Shown here: positions 36,765 to 51,156 of the stretch, in pieces
Position numbering within the stretch: position 1 is the first letter of the stretch
How the letters are laid out: every line of letters starts with the position of its first letter
DNA from: Eledone cirrhosa
Taxonomy: Eukaryota
Length of the DNA stretch: 64,000 nt
NCBI GenBank assembly: GCA_964016885.1
Contig: OZ024742.1
Span: forward strand, 112,034,001-112,098,000
Direction: 5' to 3'
Translations under genes and position numbers: made by a program
The notes under the pieces: model-generated
The model's input: the letters and a program-made list of their open reading frames with translations, nothing else
Database searches by the model: none
Told to the model about the DNA's origin: nothing

Positions 36765-39700
36765 AATTTATTGAATAACAGATTATAGTTTAAGCAAAGA
36801 ATCGCTGCTTTCACCTTTAACGGGATCTTCTGAAACTAACAAAGTCAATCTGTAAACGCAGAACTTGATATTTCAAAAAAACGTTACAACCGGAGGAAGA
36901 GAGGAAGACGATACTTTGGTTCGTGGAAACGTTCGCTGGCAAAGAACGGGAAAAAACGAATAATACGTCATTAATAGGAGCGGTGAAAAACAATTACGCG
37001 CAAAGACAGAACCACGTTTATGGTATAAAAGAGGTCGTAGACTAATGTTCGCTTAGGTGGTGCATAGAGACGTTCTCTGGCAATGAACGAAAAAACGAAG
37101 ATAATAAGTCATATGTGGAGCGTGGTGAACAATAACACGCAAAGACAAAACCACGTAAATGCTATAGCAGAAGTCGTAGACTAAAATTCTAACTAGGAGA
37201 CCAAATGAATCTCCGCTACAGAGTTAAGAACAAAGTAAATAAATACAATACAGAAGTAATAGAAATAAATAAATACGTACACGCAAACAAATACGTACAT
37301 ACACAAGCATACGCAAAACCTTACCATAGGTATACAAAACCACGCACATATAAATATGTGTGTGTGTGTATGCTAGTGTACAAATAAATAAATAATTATA
37401 TAAGCGTATATAAGTAAATAAATACGTATATAACAAGCGCACACACATACCTACATATAAATACACGAATGTTCGGAGACGTAAGTCAACTAAAACAAGA
37501 AGTATACATATACACACACCCACCATACGTAGGAACCTGCATACTCACGCAGGCGCAAAACTCCCGTATACACATAGCCAAACCCTAAATACCAGAATAT
37601 ATAAAAATTATACGCCATAACAGTCAAATATACGTACGAGAAGGTATACATACCTTCACAAAACATACGGGTAATATATACTCACCTATGCAAATAAGTA
37701 AAAGAATAAACAAAACATATACTTAGCTCCCACATCAAACGTAAAATATCCACGTATAGATCGTACTATCCATTAGGATATAACGTCGGGCTGTAATACA
37801 GGAAAGTTTTGTGCAATTTATGTTTACAAGTCGAAAATGCCTCAGATCTTTTGTTTAAGATGTGGTCTGTGGCGTAGAGTATTTCCAGGGCCTCAGCGGC
37901 GCAGAGGTCACATGGTCTTTTATTTCCGTTATACGATCTAGTCCTAGCTAGGATCTCCAGGGGTAACTTATATTGGGTGTGGTTGTCTTTTAGACTCCAG
38001 ATATAAGCTGAAAGTGACGTCATATTCCTTCTTAGAGGGTAACGAAAAGAATGGGTATGCATGTAAAGGCGCTGCTTGAAACTATTGGCGGTTAACCCTA
38101 TGTAGGCCCTACGGGACGTGGGTGTTACAACTTTACATTTGTAGACAATGTTACTAGAGAGGCATTTCCCGGATAGGAGGCAATCAGCCCGATTCCTACA
38201 ATTACAGTTAGTACTAACTACAGGGTTGCACGTGTTCCTACGGCTAGGTAGTTTAGCTAAATTTCAAGCTGTGATGTTATGTGCAAGGTTAGGAGTCGTA
38301 GAGTAAGACACTTTAATAGTATTTCTATTAAAAATGTTACTATATTTATGTGTAGGGGAAAATGCTTCGTAATAAGGGAAATAAAGATCTTAGCTAATGG
38401 TGTGGCCACCTCCATATTATATGGTGGGTTAAACCAACAAATGCGACGGGATCTATTTCTTCTAGGTTTATTTTCGTACTCTGTATATGCTACCTTATCG
38501 ACAAATCCACTCCGAGCAAGAGCTTCATTGTAATAAATGGAATGGTCGTTGAAAATGCGCTCGTTGGTGGAAAGACGGGAAAGCCTCAACGAAACGTTGC
38601 TGGCAGGATGGTTGGAATGCTTACTTATGTAATTAAGCGAATCATTCGGCTTTCTATACGGGTAATACAACCCATTCAATAAATTGAGGGTAAAGTCGAG
38701 GTAATTAACGACCGAGAGATTGGCCTCAACCTGTATAGAGAGGTTGAAGCCTTTAAAGAAGGCTGTGAGTTCTTTTATGAACCTGTCGCAAGCACGAGGT
38801 CCGCACTTAGTCATGGTCAAAAGACCATCGTCACGGTACAAACCACCGCCCGCGTTGGGGAATTCGTCCTTGATAGAGAAAAGAAGGAAAAGGCCAATAA
38901 GATCAGTAACCTCCGCAGAGTCGCTGGCGCCTATACTCACGTCGAATGGAGTACTATTGGATTTTTTAATCCAAATAGAGTCGTCGAAATTAATCACCGA
39001 CTTTCGGGCATTAAGGATGACATCAACTTCGTAATCCCTAACCACTGTGAGTGTTTTAGCGAAATTGATAGCTCTAAGGAGAAGTGGTAAAGTGATGGAG
39101 GAGTAGTAATTGTTGATGTCGAATTGGATAAAACGGCAATGTTCCTTGTTACGTATGCCGTTGAACCAATCAATCACCGCGAACGAATTGTTCCACAGTA
39201 CGAGAGGGTCCAAACTTCTAATTTCAGGTATAATTCTATCAAGAATCGTTTTACTAAGTCTACCTAAATCGGACTTCGTAGGGTTAATAAGCCGATTAGA
39301 GGGGTTGTTCGGAAAATTGGATTTGTGATCCTTCAGGGTAAAGTGGGGGAGAAATAGGGTCCAGAGGTTCGGCCGATCCAGGATGTTAAGATCAGAAGTG
39401 ATTTTAAACCCAGCGTCGTTGATTTCATTGATGACGCACCGATTAGTTTTGCGGAAATCCTTAGTTACAGCATTATGTAGTAGTTGATGGTAAGTACTGC
39501 GCTCCACTTGATATAGGTTGCCAGTTTTGTCGGAATGGACCTGCACGGCGTTATAATCCTTAATAGAACGAATTCTATTCTTCAGGTCTTGCTGGAAGGA
39601 ATTGCTCCTATTCCGAAATTTGATACTCCGAATGAGTTCCAAGACATCATTTTCGAAGGGTAGCAATGCTGGGTTCCACGGGGGGTTATTATAGGTTTTA

Positions 39701-39900
39701 AATCCAAATTTATCCTGTTTGTTGTCTGCTTTTCGCGGATTATCGAAATAAAAGGCACGCCAACGCAACCTTTTAATGAACACGTCTGTTTTCAGTATCA
39801 GAAGTCTTAGCTATGTTTTTCTGCTTGGTACGGGTATGTTCTTTGTAGAAATATTCAGATGTTGTTTCTGCATGATGAATATAAGTCAGTAGAGTGCTAT
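36765..39900 (-). mobile_element. Near full-length Penelope-like element, family E
   Basis: STKNIPVP at about 39825-39850; ORF 38257-39783 (FIKRLRWRAF, SDKTG, KDHK, FIQFDINNYYSSI, LYRDDG, WFNPPY); EN at about 37766-38210 (CNCRNRADC, IVY...YIGLT); variant hammerhead at 36786-36838 (CAGAAGA core). Confidence 0.92.
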
Positions 39901-39936
39901 ATATATAAATAATGTATATATATATATATATATATA

Positions 39937-39997
<61 letters not shown>

Positions 39998-40054
39998 ATA
40001 TATATATATATATATAAATATTATATATATATATATAATATATATGTATATATA

Positions 40055-40136
<82 letters not shown>

Positions 40137-40265
40137 ATTATATATATATATATAATATATATATATATAATATATATATATATTATATATATATTATATA
40201 TATAATATAAATATTTATATATATTATAAATATATATATATTATAAATATATATATATATATAAA

Positions 40266-40358
<93 letters not shown>

Positions 40359-40407
40359 TATATATATTATAAATATATATATATATATTATAAATATATG
40401 TATATAT

Positions 40408-40465
<58 letters not shown>

Positions 40466-40712
40466 CTATATATATATATATATATATATATTATAAATAT
40501 ATATATATATATATATTGAAAGGATAACAAGGACGATTGATTATTCCTTCATTGCATTTATATTACACTCTTGTTATCCTTTCAATATATTACACTCTGT
40601 ATAACTCTACACCTCATCACAGAAGTAAACCTAAACATCGAGCGCTCACCCGGTTGAACCTGCAATAACTCCTAGTTACACCCCCTGGATATATATATAT
40701 ATATATATATAC

Positions 40713-40749
<37 letters not shown>

Positions 40750-40752
<3 letters not shown>

Positions 40753-43572
40753 GTAAAATTTGAACAGGAGCAAAACAGAGAGGCAGTACAACGAATGTTT
40801 ATTAATTTTACGCTCTGGAGAGTGGGGTGGTGTGGGGAACGACGTTTCGGGCATAAGCCCTTCCTCAGGTGAGAAGTGTGTGGGAACAGAGTTCAAAGGG
40901 TCTGTAGGGGAGTGGTGGAGAGACATATAGCGAAAGGAAACGGTGCCAATGAAATTAAATATAAAAATAAAAATAAAGCATGATCAAAATAAAAGGAATG
41001 AAATAAAAATAAATATAAAAACATGATCAAAATAAACTGAAATTAAAAAGGGGTAAAATAGATGGTGCAAGGGTGTGGGGTGTGTAGGGCTGGTGGCGGG
41101 TGGAGTGGGGAGAGGGAGACGGGGTGTCCGAGAGGGGAGGGCTGAAGGTGGTGTGTGTGTGTAGGTGTACGTGTGTGTGTGTGTGTATGTGGAAGTAAGG
41201 GTTGGTGGAAGAACGGGGTTGCATGTTCAGGAAGAGGTGGGGGGGGGGATTGTAGGTCGGAGTGTCTGTGCGTGTGTGGATAGAGGGGTGGGGGGAGAGG
41301 AATCAGGAGGCTGAGGGTGTAAATATGTGGTGGAAAACACGTGTGTGTGGGGTTTAAGCGTGTTGTGGGTGTAGGTGGCGTGTGGGAGAAAACATTTTGT
41401 TGGGTGTGTGTGTGGGTGAGTTATATAGGTGTTTCCGTAAGAGGATGGTTGAAATGTTGGTAAATTCCTATGATATTTAGTAGATCCCGTGGTGGTCAAG
41501 TTCCACATACGAGTATTCCATGAAGAGATGGTCGGAAGAGGAGAGATGTGGGGTGCGCGTGCAACAGGAAGTGGTCAAGCGGTGGGAGTGCTGTATGTCT
41601 GTTTGTGCTGGGAGGTGGTCAGAGGGCATAGCAGCAGTCGGGTGGAATGGTAAAGGGGCGAGGATGGGTAGGTGTGAAAGTTGGAGTGAGGAGGGTGTGT
41701 GTGTGTATTACTAGAGGTGTTAGTGGGATGAGTGAGTGTGGAGCGAGGGTGTGGGTGGAGCGGGGAGAGAAGGGTGTGTGTAGTTCTATGGAGGGAGTGT
41801 GGTGTACTGGTGTGTGTGAAGTTTGATGAAGGGGGTGTTAGTGGGTGTTAGTATACGGGAGGTGGAGAAAGGGTTGAATGCAGGTGTGAGAGGGAGTTAG
41901 TCGTGGTAGGGTGTGTAGAGTTGGTGGTGTACGAGCGTGTGTGGGTACGTGTGCGTGGGGTTGGGGGTGTTAGTGATGTTAGTTGCGTGTGGGGTGGGTG
42001 GTGTAAGTGGGTGCGTGTGTTCGTGTGCTTTGGGTCAGGGGGTGTTAGTGAGGTTAGTTGCGGGGTGGTGGGATGGATGTGAGGGGTGAGGGTTAGTGGT
42101 GGTAGTAGGGTGTGTGTTTAGTGTGAGCGCGTGTATATATGTGCCGGTGGGTGTGTGCCTGTGATAAGGAGGGGGAGGAGAAGAAGGGAGGGATGTTAGT
42201 ATGTTAGTTGGTGAAGGGTGGTCGGATGAGGGGTGGAGTGGAGGTGTTATTATTGTTAGTTGTGGGGTGGGCGGTGAAAAGGAGGGGTGTGTTAGTGGTG
42301 TTAGTGGGGGATAAGTGTGCGGGGAGGGGGCGGTCGAAGGCTAAAAGTATAAGGGTGGGGAGTTCAGGCCGGGGGAAGTGTGGGTCTGTAAGATGAAGTT
42401 AGTTCTTTGTTCGACTCTAAGGCGATTGGCGGGTGTTCCGTGGCATTGGAGTAGGCCACAGACTGTGAGATGGCGTGCTGAATGTCCAGGGCCACTAAAG
42501 TGGCGGGCAATGGGGGAACTACCACCGAGACGAATATCCCGGCGGTGCTCAGTGATTCGGTCCGCCAGGCGACGTCCCGTCTGTCCGACATAAGTCGCGT
42601 TGCACTCCGTGCAGTGAAGTCCTTAGACTAGGTTGGAGGAGGTGCAGCGGAAGGCATGCCGCACAGAGAGAGAGTGGCCGTTGGGACCCTGGAAGGTGGT
42701 GGTGTTGGTGATGTGGGGACAGGTGTTGCAGCGGGGCCTAGAACTGGGAAAGGAACCGGGGGGGGAACAGAGCGTGAGATGGGGGTAGGGAGCTGTGGAC
42801 GAGGAGGGTGCGGAGATTGCGTGCGCGTTTGAAGGAGGGGAGTGGTGGGGTTGGGAAGATGTGGGCGGTGGAGGGGTCGGACTGGAGGCGTCGGAAGAGG
42901 CGGCGGATGGTGCGGTGGAGGGGTAAGGTGGAGGGGTGGTAGGTGATGGGGAAGGGGGGACGGTGGGTGGGTGTGTGGTGGCGTGGGGTGAGGGTGATGG
43001 AGCGGTGGACAGCCCAGGCGCGGGTGAGAGCGGTGTGGATGAGAGAGGGGGGTAACCTCTGCGGATGAAATGGCTGACTAGGGAAAGGGCCTGGGACTCG
43101 AAGTCAGCATCTCGGCTACAGAGGCGGCGGATCCTGAGGAGTTGGGAGTAGGGAATGGAGTGTTTAGTGTGGGTGGGGTGGGAAGAGGTGAAGTCGAGGT
43201 AAGAGTGGGTGTCGGTGGGTTTGAAGAAGGCGGAGGTGACGAGGGAGTGGTGGGAGGGGAGATAGTGGTGGTGAAGTGGAGGGAGGGGTGGAAGGAGCAG
43301 AAGAAGGAGAGAAAGGAGTCGAGCTGTTCTCGGGTGAGGGTCGTGGCTGCGATACAGTCGTCAATGTAACGCCCGTACAGTTCGGGCGTGGGGCCGGTGT
43401 ACTGGGTAAAGATGTGGGCCTCAACATGGTCAACAAAAAGGTTGGCATAGTTCGGGCCCATTCTTGTACCCATGGGATACCCCCGTGACCTGTTGGTAAA
43501 ACTCACCCGAGAAGGAGAAACAATTGAGGGTGAGGACCAACTCGGCGAGGCGAAGAAGGGTGGGGGTAGAGG

Positions 43573-43575
<3 letters not shown>
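40750..43575 (-). mobile_element. 5'-truncated GC-rich Penelope-like element, family F (Neptune-like)
   Basis: PMGTRMGPNYANLFV, RYIDD, RPRCNTCPH, FRCTSSNLV*GLHCTECNATYVGQTGRRLADRITEH; long C/A-rich 3' UTR. Confidence 0.88.
40838..40872 (-). ncRNA. Minimal hammerhead motif (family F)
   Basis: CTGAGGA-AGGGC-TTAT-GCCC-GAAA-CGTCG-TT; stem I partner unclear. Confidence 0.65.
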
Positions 43576-43634
<59 letters not shown>

Positions 43635-43839
43635 AATATATATATTATATATATATATATATATAAATATTATATATATATATTATATAAATATATTATA
43701 TATGTACATATATATATACATATATATTATATATATATATATAATATATATATATATAATATTTATATATATATATATATATAATATTTATATATATATA
43801 TATATATAATATTTATATATATATATATATATAATATTT

Positions 43840-43875
<36 letters not shown>

Positions 43876-43880
43876 ATATT

Positions 43881-43946
<66 letters not shown>

Positions 43947-43951
43947 ATATT

Positions 43952-43982
<31 letters not shown>

Positions 43983-44032
43983 TATATATATAATATATAT
44001 ATATATATAATATATATATATATATAATATAT

Positions 44033-44077
<45 letters not shown>

Positions 44078-44374
44078 TATATATATATATATATAATATT
44101 TATATATATATATATATATATAATATTTATATATATATATATATAATATTTATATATATATATAATATTTATATATATATATTTATTTAATATTTATATA
44201 TATATATATATATATAATATTTATATATATATATATATAATATATATATATATATTTATATATATAATATTTATATATATATATATATATAATATATATA
44301 TATATATTTATATATATAATATTTATATATATATATATATATATATATAAATATTATATATATATATATATATA

Positions 44375-44413
<39 letters not shown>

Positions 44414-44439
44414 TTATATATATATATATATATAAATAT

Positions 44440-44471
<32 letters not shown>

Positions 44472-44510
44472 ATATATATAAATATTATATATATATATAT
44501 ATATAAATAT

Positions 44511-44546
<36 letters not shown>

Positions 44547-44562
44547 ATATATATATAAATAT

Positions 44563-44598
<36 letters not shown>

Positions 44599-44729
44599 AT
44601 ATCATATATACATATATATATTATATATATATATATTAATATGATATATATATATATTACATATATATATATATATATATTATATATTTATATTATATAT
44701 ATATATATTATATAGATATATATTATATA

Positions 44730-45001
44730 TGTGTAAATGAAGTAATTCCGTCGGAAAATCCAGGAAAAAAGATTGCTCTATGTAGGTAACAGAGCTTAAT
44801 AGTTATGTAATAAACAACATAAGGCAATTATTCCATTTAGCTGTGGTTTCTTAAAAGCAAAAAAATTTGCTTTTAATCATCAGAATGAAAAAAATCGTGG
44901 TATGTTTATTGAATTTTGATTTTAAAAACAAAAATTCAATCTATATTAAAATGATGCTGGAGAAAGAAGAATGAAAGCAAAAATAAAATAAAACCACACA
45001 T

Positions 45002-45072
<71 letters not shown>

Positions 45073-45088
45073 ACACAAAAGCATACAT

Positions 45089-45125
<37 letters not shown>

Positions 45126-45300
45126 CATACACTCATACATACACACACACATATACACATATATATGTACACTCATACATACACACACACATATCCACAT
45201 ATATATGTGTATATAAATACACACATACATATACACAAACATACATGCGCACATAACTATCAACACATCCATACATACACATACATATATACAAGCACAC
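44730..45300 (-). mobile_element. pLTR fragment with hammerhead (44831-44890); inverted relative to 49930-50360
   Basis: TTTCATT-CTGATGA-TTAAAAGCAAA/TTTGCTTTTAA-GAAA-CCACAGC-TA-AATGGAA. Confidence 0.75.
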
Positions 45301-45304
45301 ACAC

Positions 45305-45405
<101 letters not shown>

Positions 45406-45421
45406 CATACACATACACATA

Positions 45422-47690
45422 CATGGCCAACTTCGAATTAGACCTTGTTAATCTAATTAGTGATATCAAATTTCGTAAGTACAATAATAACTTTCAAACT
45501 AAACTATCTAACGATATTTCTAATTTTAGAAATTCTACAAACACTTTTGTTCTTTCTGATAAAGCTAAACATCTCTTTGAAGTTAATAGTACTTTGTATA
45601 ACCAACTTTTAACTAATAGTATTACCAACAAATATCAATTAACTAATAATAATACCTACAATGCTATCAATAAAGAAGCTAAAGAACTAGCTAGTTCATT
45701 AAAAATAGACAACCGGATTGAAAGCATAGCTAAGCGTAAAGAATATATTACCCTTAAAGACCATAAATAGGACTTTACTAATCGACCTAGTTGTAGACTG
45801 ATTAAACCGGCTAAATCCGAAGTTGGACTTGCAAGGAAAAAAATCTTAAGAAAAATAATTCTCCAAATTAGAACTAACACTGACCTATCACAGTGGCTAA
45901 ATACTTCCTCTGTTATTTCTTGGTTTAATAATATACAAGGAAAAAATATGTGTAGATTTACCCAATTTGATATTGTTGATGTTTACCCCTCTATTACTGT
46001 TTCCTTATTAACTAATGCCTTAGATTTTGCAAGACCCTTTATTAATATTTCTAAATTAGAAGAAGACATTATCTTTCATGCTAGAAAAACTTTACTCTTT
46101 ACTAATGAAAATATTTGTGTTAAAAAGTCAAACCCTGAAAACTCTTTTGATATTGCAATGGGTTCATATGACAGTGCGGATGTGTGTGACTTAGTAGGAT
46201 TATTCCTTCTCCACACCCTCAAAGAGAAATTTCCTCCCCATAATATCGGTTTATACCGTGATGACGGATTGGCAGTTTCTCATACCACCAACGGCCATAA
46301 CCTTGATAAATTCCGTAAAGATTTCATCAATACTTTTGCTAATCTTAACCTTAAAATCACTATAGATACGAACCTTACCAATGCTAACTTTCTGGATATT
46401 AATCTTGATCTACTTACCGCCTCTTTTAAACCTTATCATAAACCTAATGAAAATCTTAGGTATATACACCAAGAGTCTTGCCATCCCCCTATAGTTTTTA
46501 ATAATCTTATACTTAACATTAGCAGTAGGATTTTTACCTTATCTTCGTCTATAGACATTTTTAATAAAGCCGCACCTTATTATAATAAAGCCCTTAAGAA
46601 CAGCTGTTTTACAGAAAAACATTTTTATTTACCTACTCCCCCCCCCCTAAAACTAACCACAATAACAGGAAAAGGAAAATGATTTGGGTCACACCCCCTT
46701 TCTCTCTAACTGTCAAAACTAATTTAGGAAGGAAATTCCTTGAACGCTTAGACAAACATTTTACTCCTAATCATAGATATTATAAGATATTTAATAGGAA
46801 CGTAGTTAAGATCAGTTACTCTTGTTGCCCATCTATGAAGTCCAAGACCACTAGTTCAAATCATACGAGAACAAATCCAGGATGCAGTTGCAAGAAGCCG
46901 AATGAATGCCCCTTGCAGGGTAAATGTAACACCAAATCTGTTGTTTATAAGGCTAAAATAACACCGTTAATCAACAACCAGCCAGCCAGGAGTGAGCGAT
47001 ATGTCGGTATGACCCAGGACAGGTGTAAAACCAGATTTTACTCACATGTCGCTTCTTTTAAGCACTCCGATAAACGAACATCAACAGCCCTCGCAAGTAA
47101 GGTGTGGGAATTCAAGGATAGTAACATCCCGTACTCTATCGATTGGTCTATCTTAGACCATTCGAGGGAGTACCAAAGAGGCACAGAGAATAGTTCTTTG
47201 TGTACCACAGAAAAATATAGGATTTTGCTAAACTTGAGAGCCACTTCTGCTTGCCTAAACTCAAAGACCGAGATCTTCAGATGTTGTCCTCATCTGAAAT
47301 CACATCTGATCTGTAACTGGATTGACACTCCTATGATAAATCAACCGCCTTGAACTACTTCTCTGCTCTTTACTTCTACTACGGTTTTTTTATTTGCTGA
47401 ATCCACGTTCTGTACTCTTGTATTCTTTTTCTCCCTTATCTCCCCTTACTTTTCACCTTTTCCTATATCCCCCCCCCCCGATATATTATTTTTGCCTTAC
47501 CCTTCACATTCCAAAATATATGTGTATGTATGTGTATGTGTATATATGTATATATATATATGTGTGTATATATATATATGTAGATAGACCAGTTTTTTTT
47601 CATTCTGATGATTGAAGGCAAACTTTTTTTGATTTTAAGAAACCACTGGTGAACGGAATAATTGCCTTATGTTGTTTATTACATTTCTAT
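45422..47690 (+). mobile_element. 5'-truncated Penelope-like element, family G
   Basis: SDKA, LKDHK, TQFDIVDVYPSI, MGSYDSADVCDLVG, LYRDDG, WVTPPF, CSCKKPNECPLQGKC, VVY...YVGMT; hammerhead at 47598-47658 with a GUG site that is predicted not to cleave. Confidence 0.9.
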
Positions 47691-47725
47691 ATATATGTAT
47701 ATATATGTGTGTATATGTATGTGTG

Positions 47726-47772
<47 letters not shown>

Positions 47773-48203
47773 GTGTGTGTATATATGTATATGTGTGTGC
47801 GTGTGTGTTTGTGTATGTATTTGTGTATGTGTATGTATGTGTTTATGTATTTGTATATGTATATTTATGTGTGAGAGTGTGTGTATGTATTTACTTTTTC
47901 GTACTATGTGTACGTGCATTTATGTGTATTGCTTACCACGCGTGTCTGTTAATCTACTCGTCGCTTGTATCGCTGTCAACTGTATAATAGTCTTTATTAT
48001 TTTATTTTTTATATATATTTTTTCTTATATTTATTTGCGTGTGTGAATATGTAGAGGTGTGTATATTTTTCTAATTTTGTACATGCATATGTATGCATTT
48101 ATGTATGTGTATGTATGTACGCGTGTATATAGGTATGATTGTGTGCATCTATGTATGTATGTATGTATATGTATGTGTGTATGGCTATGTATGTGTATGT
48201 GTA

Positions 48204-48258
<55 letters not shown>

Positions 48259-48507
48259 GAAAGGTATAGAAATCACTGCAGCGAATAGCGTACAGCATTC
48301 CATAGTATATAAGTGACTATAGCGTCAAGATGGCAAAAATACTTAACGTAAGATGTGGACAAAATAATTTAAACTCATCCTAAAGAGAATCAGGATATAA
48401 ATTCATCCACAGAATTTAGTGAAATCCAGGGAAAAATCAATAGAGACTTAACTCATGATAAAATAAAGTTCAAGATACCTATCCTTCAATTTGGAAAAAC
48501 TTCAGAT

Positions 48508-48585
48508 GCTCTGTATAGTCGTAATACCATTTCATGAAAACTTTCAGCGGAGATGGTCACGGTTGGAGTTCATCATCAGCAGAGC
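48508..48585 (-). ncRNA. Type I hammerhead ribozyme, unit 1
   Basis: GCTCTG-CTGATGA-stem II-GAAA-TGGTATTACGACTA-TA-CAGAGC. Confidence 0.78.
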
Positions 48586-49131
48586 TCAACTCGATAACCA
48601 GGATTCTCGCAGATTAATATACCAAAAAGGGAATTCTAAAGCTGGCCAGTCCAACATCATGCGTGATCACGAAAAACGCACATGAGGAAAAAAATGGCTA
48701 TTGACGTGAGAATGAGACGAAAGTTTGTTTACAAGAAACAATGTCAAAAACATTCCGAAAAAAACTCTACAGTAAGGAGTTCAGCAAAATGCAATATTAT
48801 CGCAGTTTTTTATTTAAAAAACCGGGATTAGACACAAATAATTTAAGCACTCGAGGAAAACTCCGAGTATAAATATATAAATGAAAGGTATAGAAAACAC
48901 TGCAGCGAAAAGTGAACAGCATTCCATAGTATATAAGTGACTATAGCGTCAAAATGGGAAAAATAGTTAACGTAAGATGTGGGAAAAATAATTTAAACTC
49001 ATCCTAAAGAGAATCAGGATATAAATTCATTCACAGAATTTAGTGAAATCCAGGGGAAAATCAAGAGAGCCTTAACTCATGATAAAATAAAGTTCAAGAT
49101 ACCTATCCTTCAATTTGGAAAAACTTCAAAT

Positions 49132-49209
49132 GCTCTGTATAGTCGTAAGACTATTTCATGAAAACTTTCAGCGGAGATGGTCACGGTTGGAATTCATCAT
49201 CAGCAGAGC
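49132..49209 (-). ncRNA. Type I hammerhead ribozyme, unit 2
   Basis: Perfect stem III A-TAGTC-TTAC-GACTA-T; stem I GCTCTG/CAGAGC. Confidence 0.85.
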
Positions 49210-49755
49210 TCAACTCGATAACCAGGATTCTCGCAGATTAATATACCAAAAAGGGAATTCTAAAGCTGGCCAGTCCAACATCATGCGTGATCATGAAAAA
49301 CGCACATGAGGAAAAAATGGCTATTGACGTCAGAATGAGACGAAAGTTTGTTTACAAGAAACAACAGTCAAAAACATTCCGAAAAAACTCTACAGTAAGG
49401 AGTTCAGCAAAATGCAATATTATCGTAGTTTTTTATTTAAAAAAACCGGGATTAGACACAAATAATTTAAGCACTCGAGGAAAAATCCGAGTATAAATAT
49501 ATAAATGAAAGGTATAGAAAACACTGCAGCGAAAAGTGAACAGCATTCCATAGTATATAAGTGACTATAGCGTCAAAATGGGAAAAATAGTTAACGTAAG
49601 ATGTGGGAAAAATAATTTAAACTCATCCTAAAGAGAATCAGGATATATATTCATCCACAGAATTTAGTGAAATCCAGGGAAAAATCAAGAGAGCCTTAAC
49701 TGATGATAAAATAAAGTTCAAGATACCTATCCTTCAATTTGGAAAAACTTCAAAT

Positions 49756-49833
49756 GCTCTGTATAGTCGTAAGACTATTTCATGAAAACTTTCAGCGGAG
49801 ATGGTCACGGTTGGAACTCATCATCAGCAGAGC
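49756..49833 (-). ncRNA. Type I hammerhead ribozyme, unit 3
   Basis: As unit 2, with one change in stem II. Confidence 0.8.
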
Positions 49834-49869
49834 TCAACTCGATAACCAGGATTCTCGCAGATTAATATA

Positions 49870-49926
<57 letters not shown>

Positions 49927-49929
49927 CTA

Positions 49930-50360
49930 TATATATAAGTGTGTATATATGTGTGTGTGGTTGTATTTATGTATGTGTATGTATTTGATGTGATGATATT
50001 TATGTGCGTATGTATGTTTGTGTATATGTATGTGTATGTGTGTATTTATATACACATATATATGTGTATGTGTGTGTATGTATGAGTGTATGTATATATA
50101 TATATATGTGTGTGTGTATGTATGCTTTTGTGTGTATGTGTGTGTGTGTGTTTGAATGTGTGGTTTTATTTTATTTTTCCTTTCCTTCTTCTTTCTCCAG
50201 CCTCACTTTCATATAGATTGTATTTTTGTTTTTAAAATCCAAATTCAATAAAAAGAACAGGATCTTTTCATTCTGATGATTGAAAGCAAAATATTTTGCT
50301 TTTAAGAAACCACTGATAAATGGAATAATTGCCTTATGTTGTTTATTACATAACTATATA
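49930..50360 (+). mobile_element. Solo pLTR fragment with hammerhead (50266-50325), related to family G
   Basis: Reverse complement of about 44810-45300; shares its hammerhead with 47598-47658. Confidence 0.75.
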
Positions 50361-50378
50361 TATTGTATATATATTTAT

Positions 50379-50430
<52 letters not shown>

Positions 50431-50433
<3 letters not shown>

Positions 50434-51125
50434 AGATTTGAATGGATACAGTTTAGTTGAAAGGAATTTATTGACACGTGTTTCTATAACAGTTACATAA
50501 CCTGAAAACAGCTGCTATCTACAAAGTATTAGTTATGAAGACAATCAATATTTCAATGTTATTATTTACTGTCATTTCATCAGAATAATATTACTAAAGA
50601 CCTGTTTGGTTTTTATAGAGAATATTAGGAGAGAGGGGTGAAGTTGTTAGAAGAATAGTTGAGGGAGTGGTTTTTTGATAGCAGTGAGAATTTTTGGTGG
50701 CAGTGAGTAATTAGATTCCCATCTGTTGTTTTGACATTTTTATAGAATATATTATTGGTTATTTTTCTAAATCTATAGAGGGATTAGAGATAGTAAAGAT
50801 ATGCGTGGTTGGTTTTGTGTTTGCACTTAATTAACATTCAGACTTAAATTTTTTCTTTCCAGTGTACGCATCCTTTCACCCACGCATTCTCACACAAACA
50901 TATTTGCACCCCTCTACAAAATACATATACTCACATTCACATAGTAACATGTTCATACTTACATACATATACACATGCATACATATATATATACACACAT
51001 GTATTCATGTACATACATACGCGTTCATGTGTGTACATTTTCATACTCAACTTATCTTTATATACACACGTATAGACACACACATATATACATACATACT
51101 CTAGTCTATGTGTATATATATACAT

Positions 51126-51156
<31 letters not shown>

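Larger units (their letters stand above)
48255..49872 (-). repeat. 624-bp tandem repeat (about 2.6 units), one hammerhead per unit; retrozyme-like
   Basis: Period 624 (motifs recur at 48508, 49132 and 49756); flanked by (TA)n; no RT coding. Confidence 0.92.

Noticed and set aside
48491-49993. Repeated 64-aa ORFs in the 624-bp array
   Set aside because: They start at TTG, show no recognisable motif, lie antisense to the hammerheads and recur only because of the repeat.
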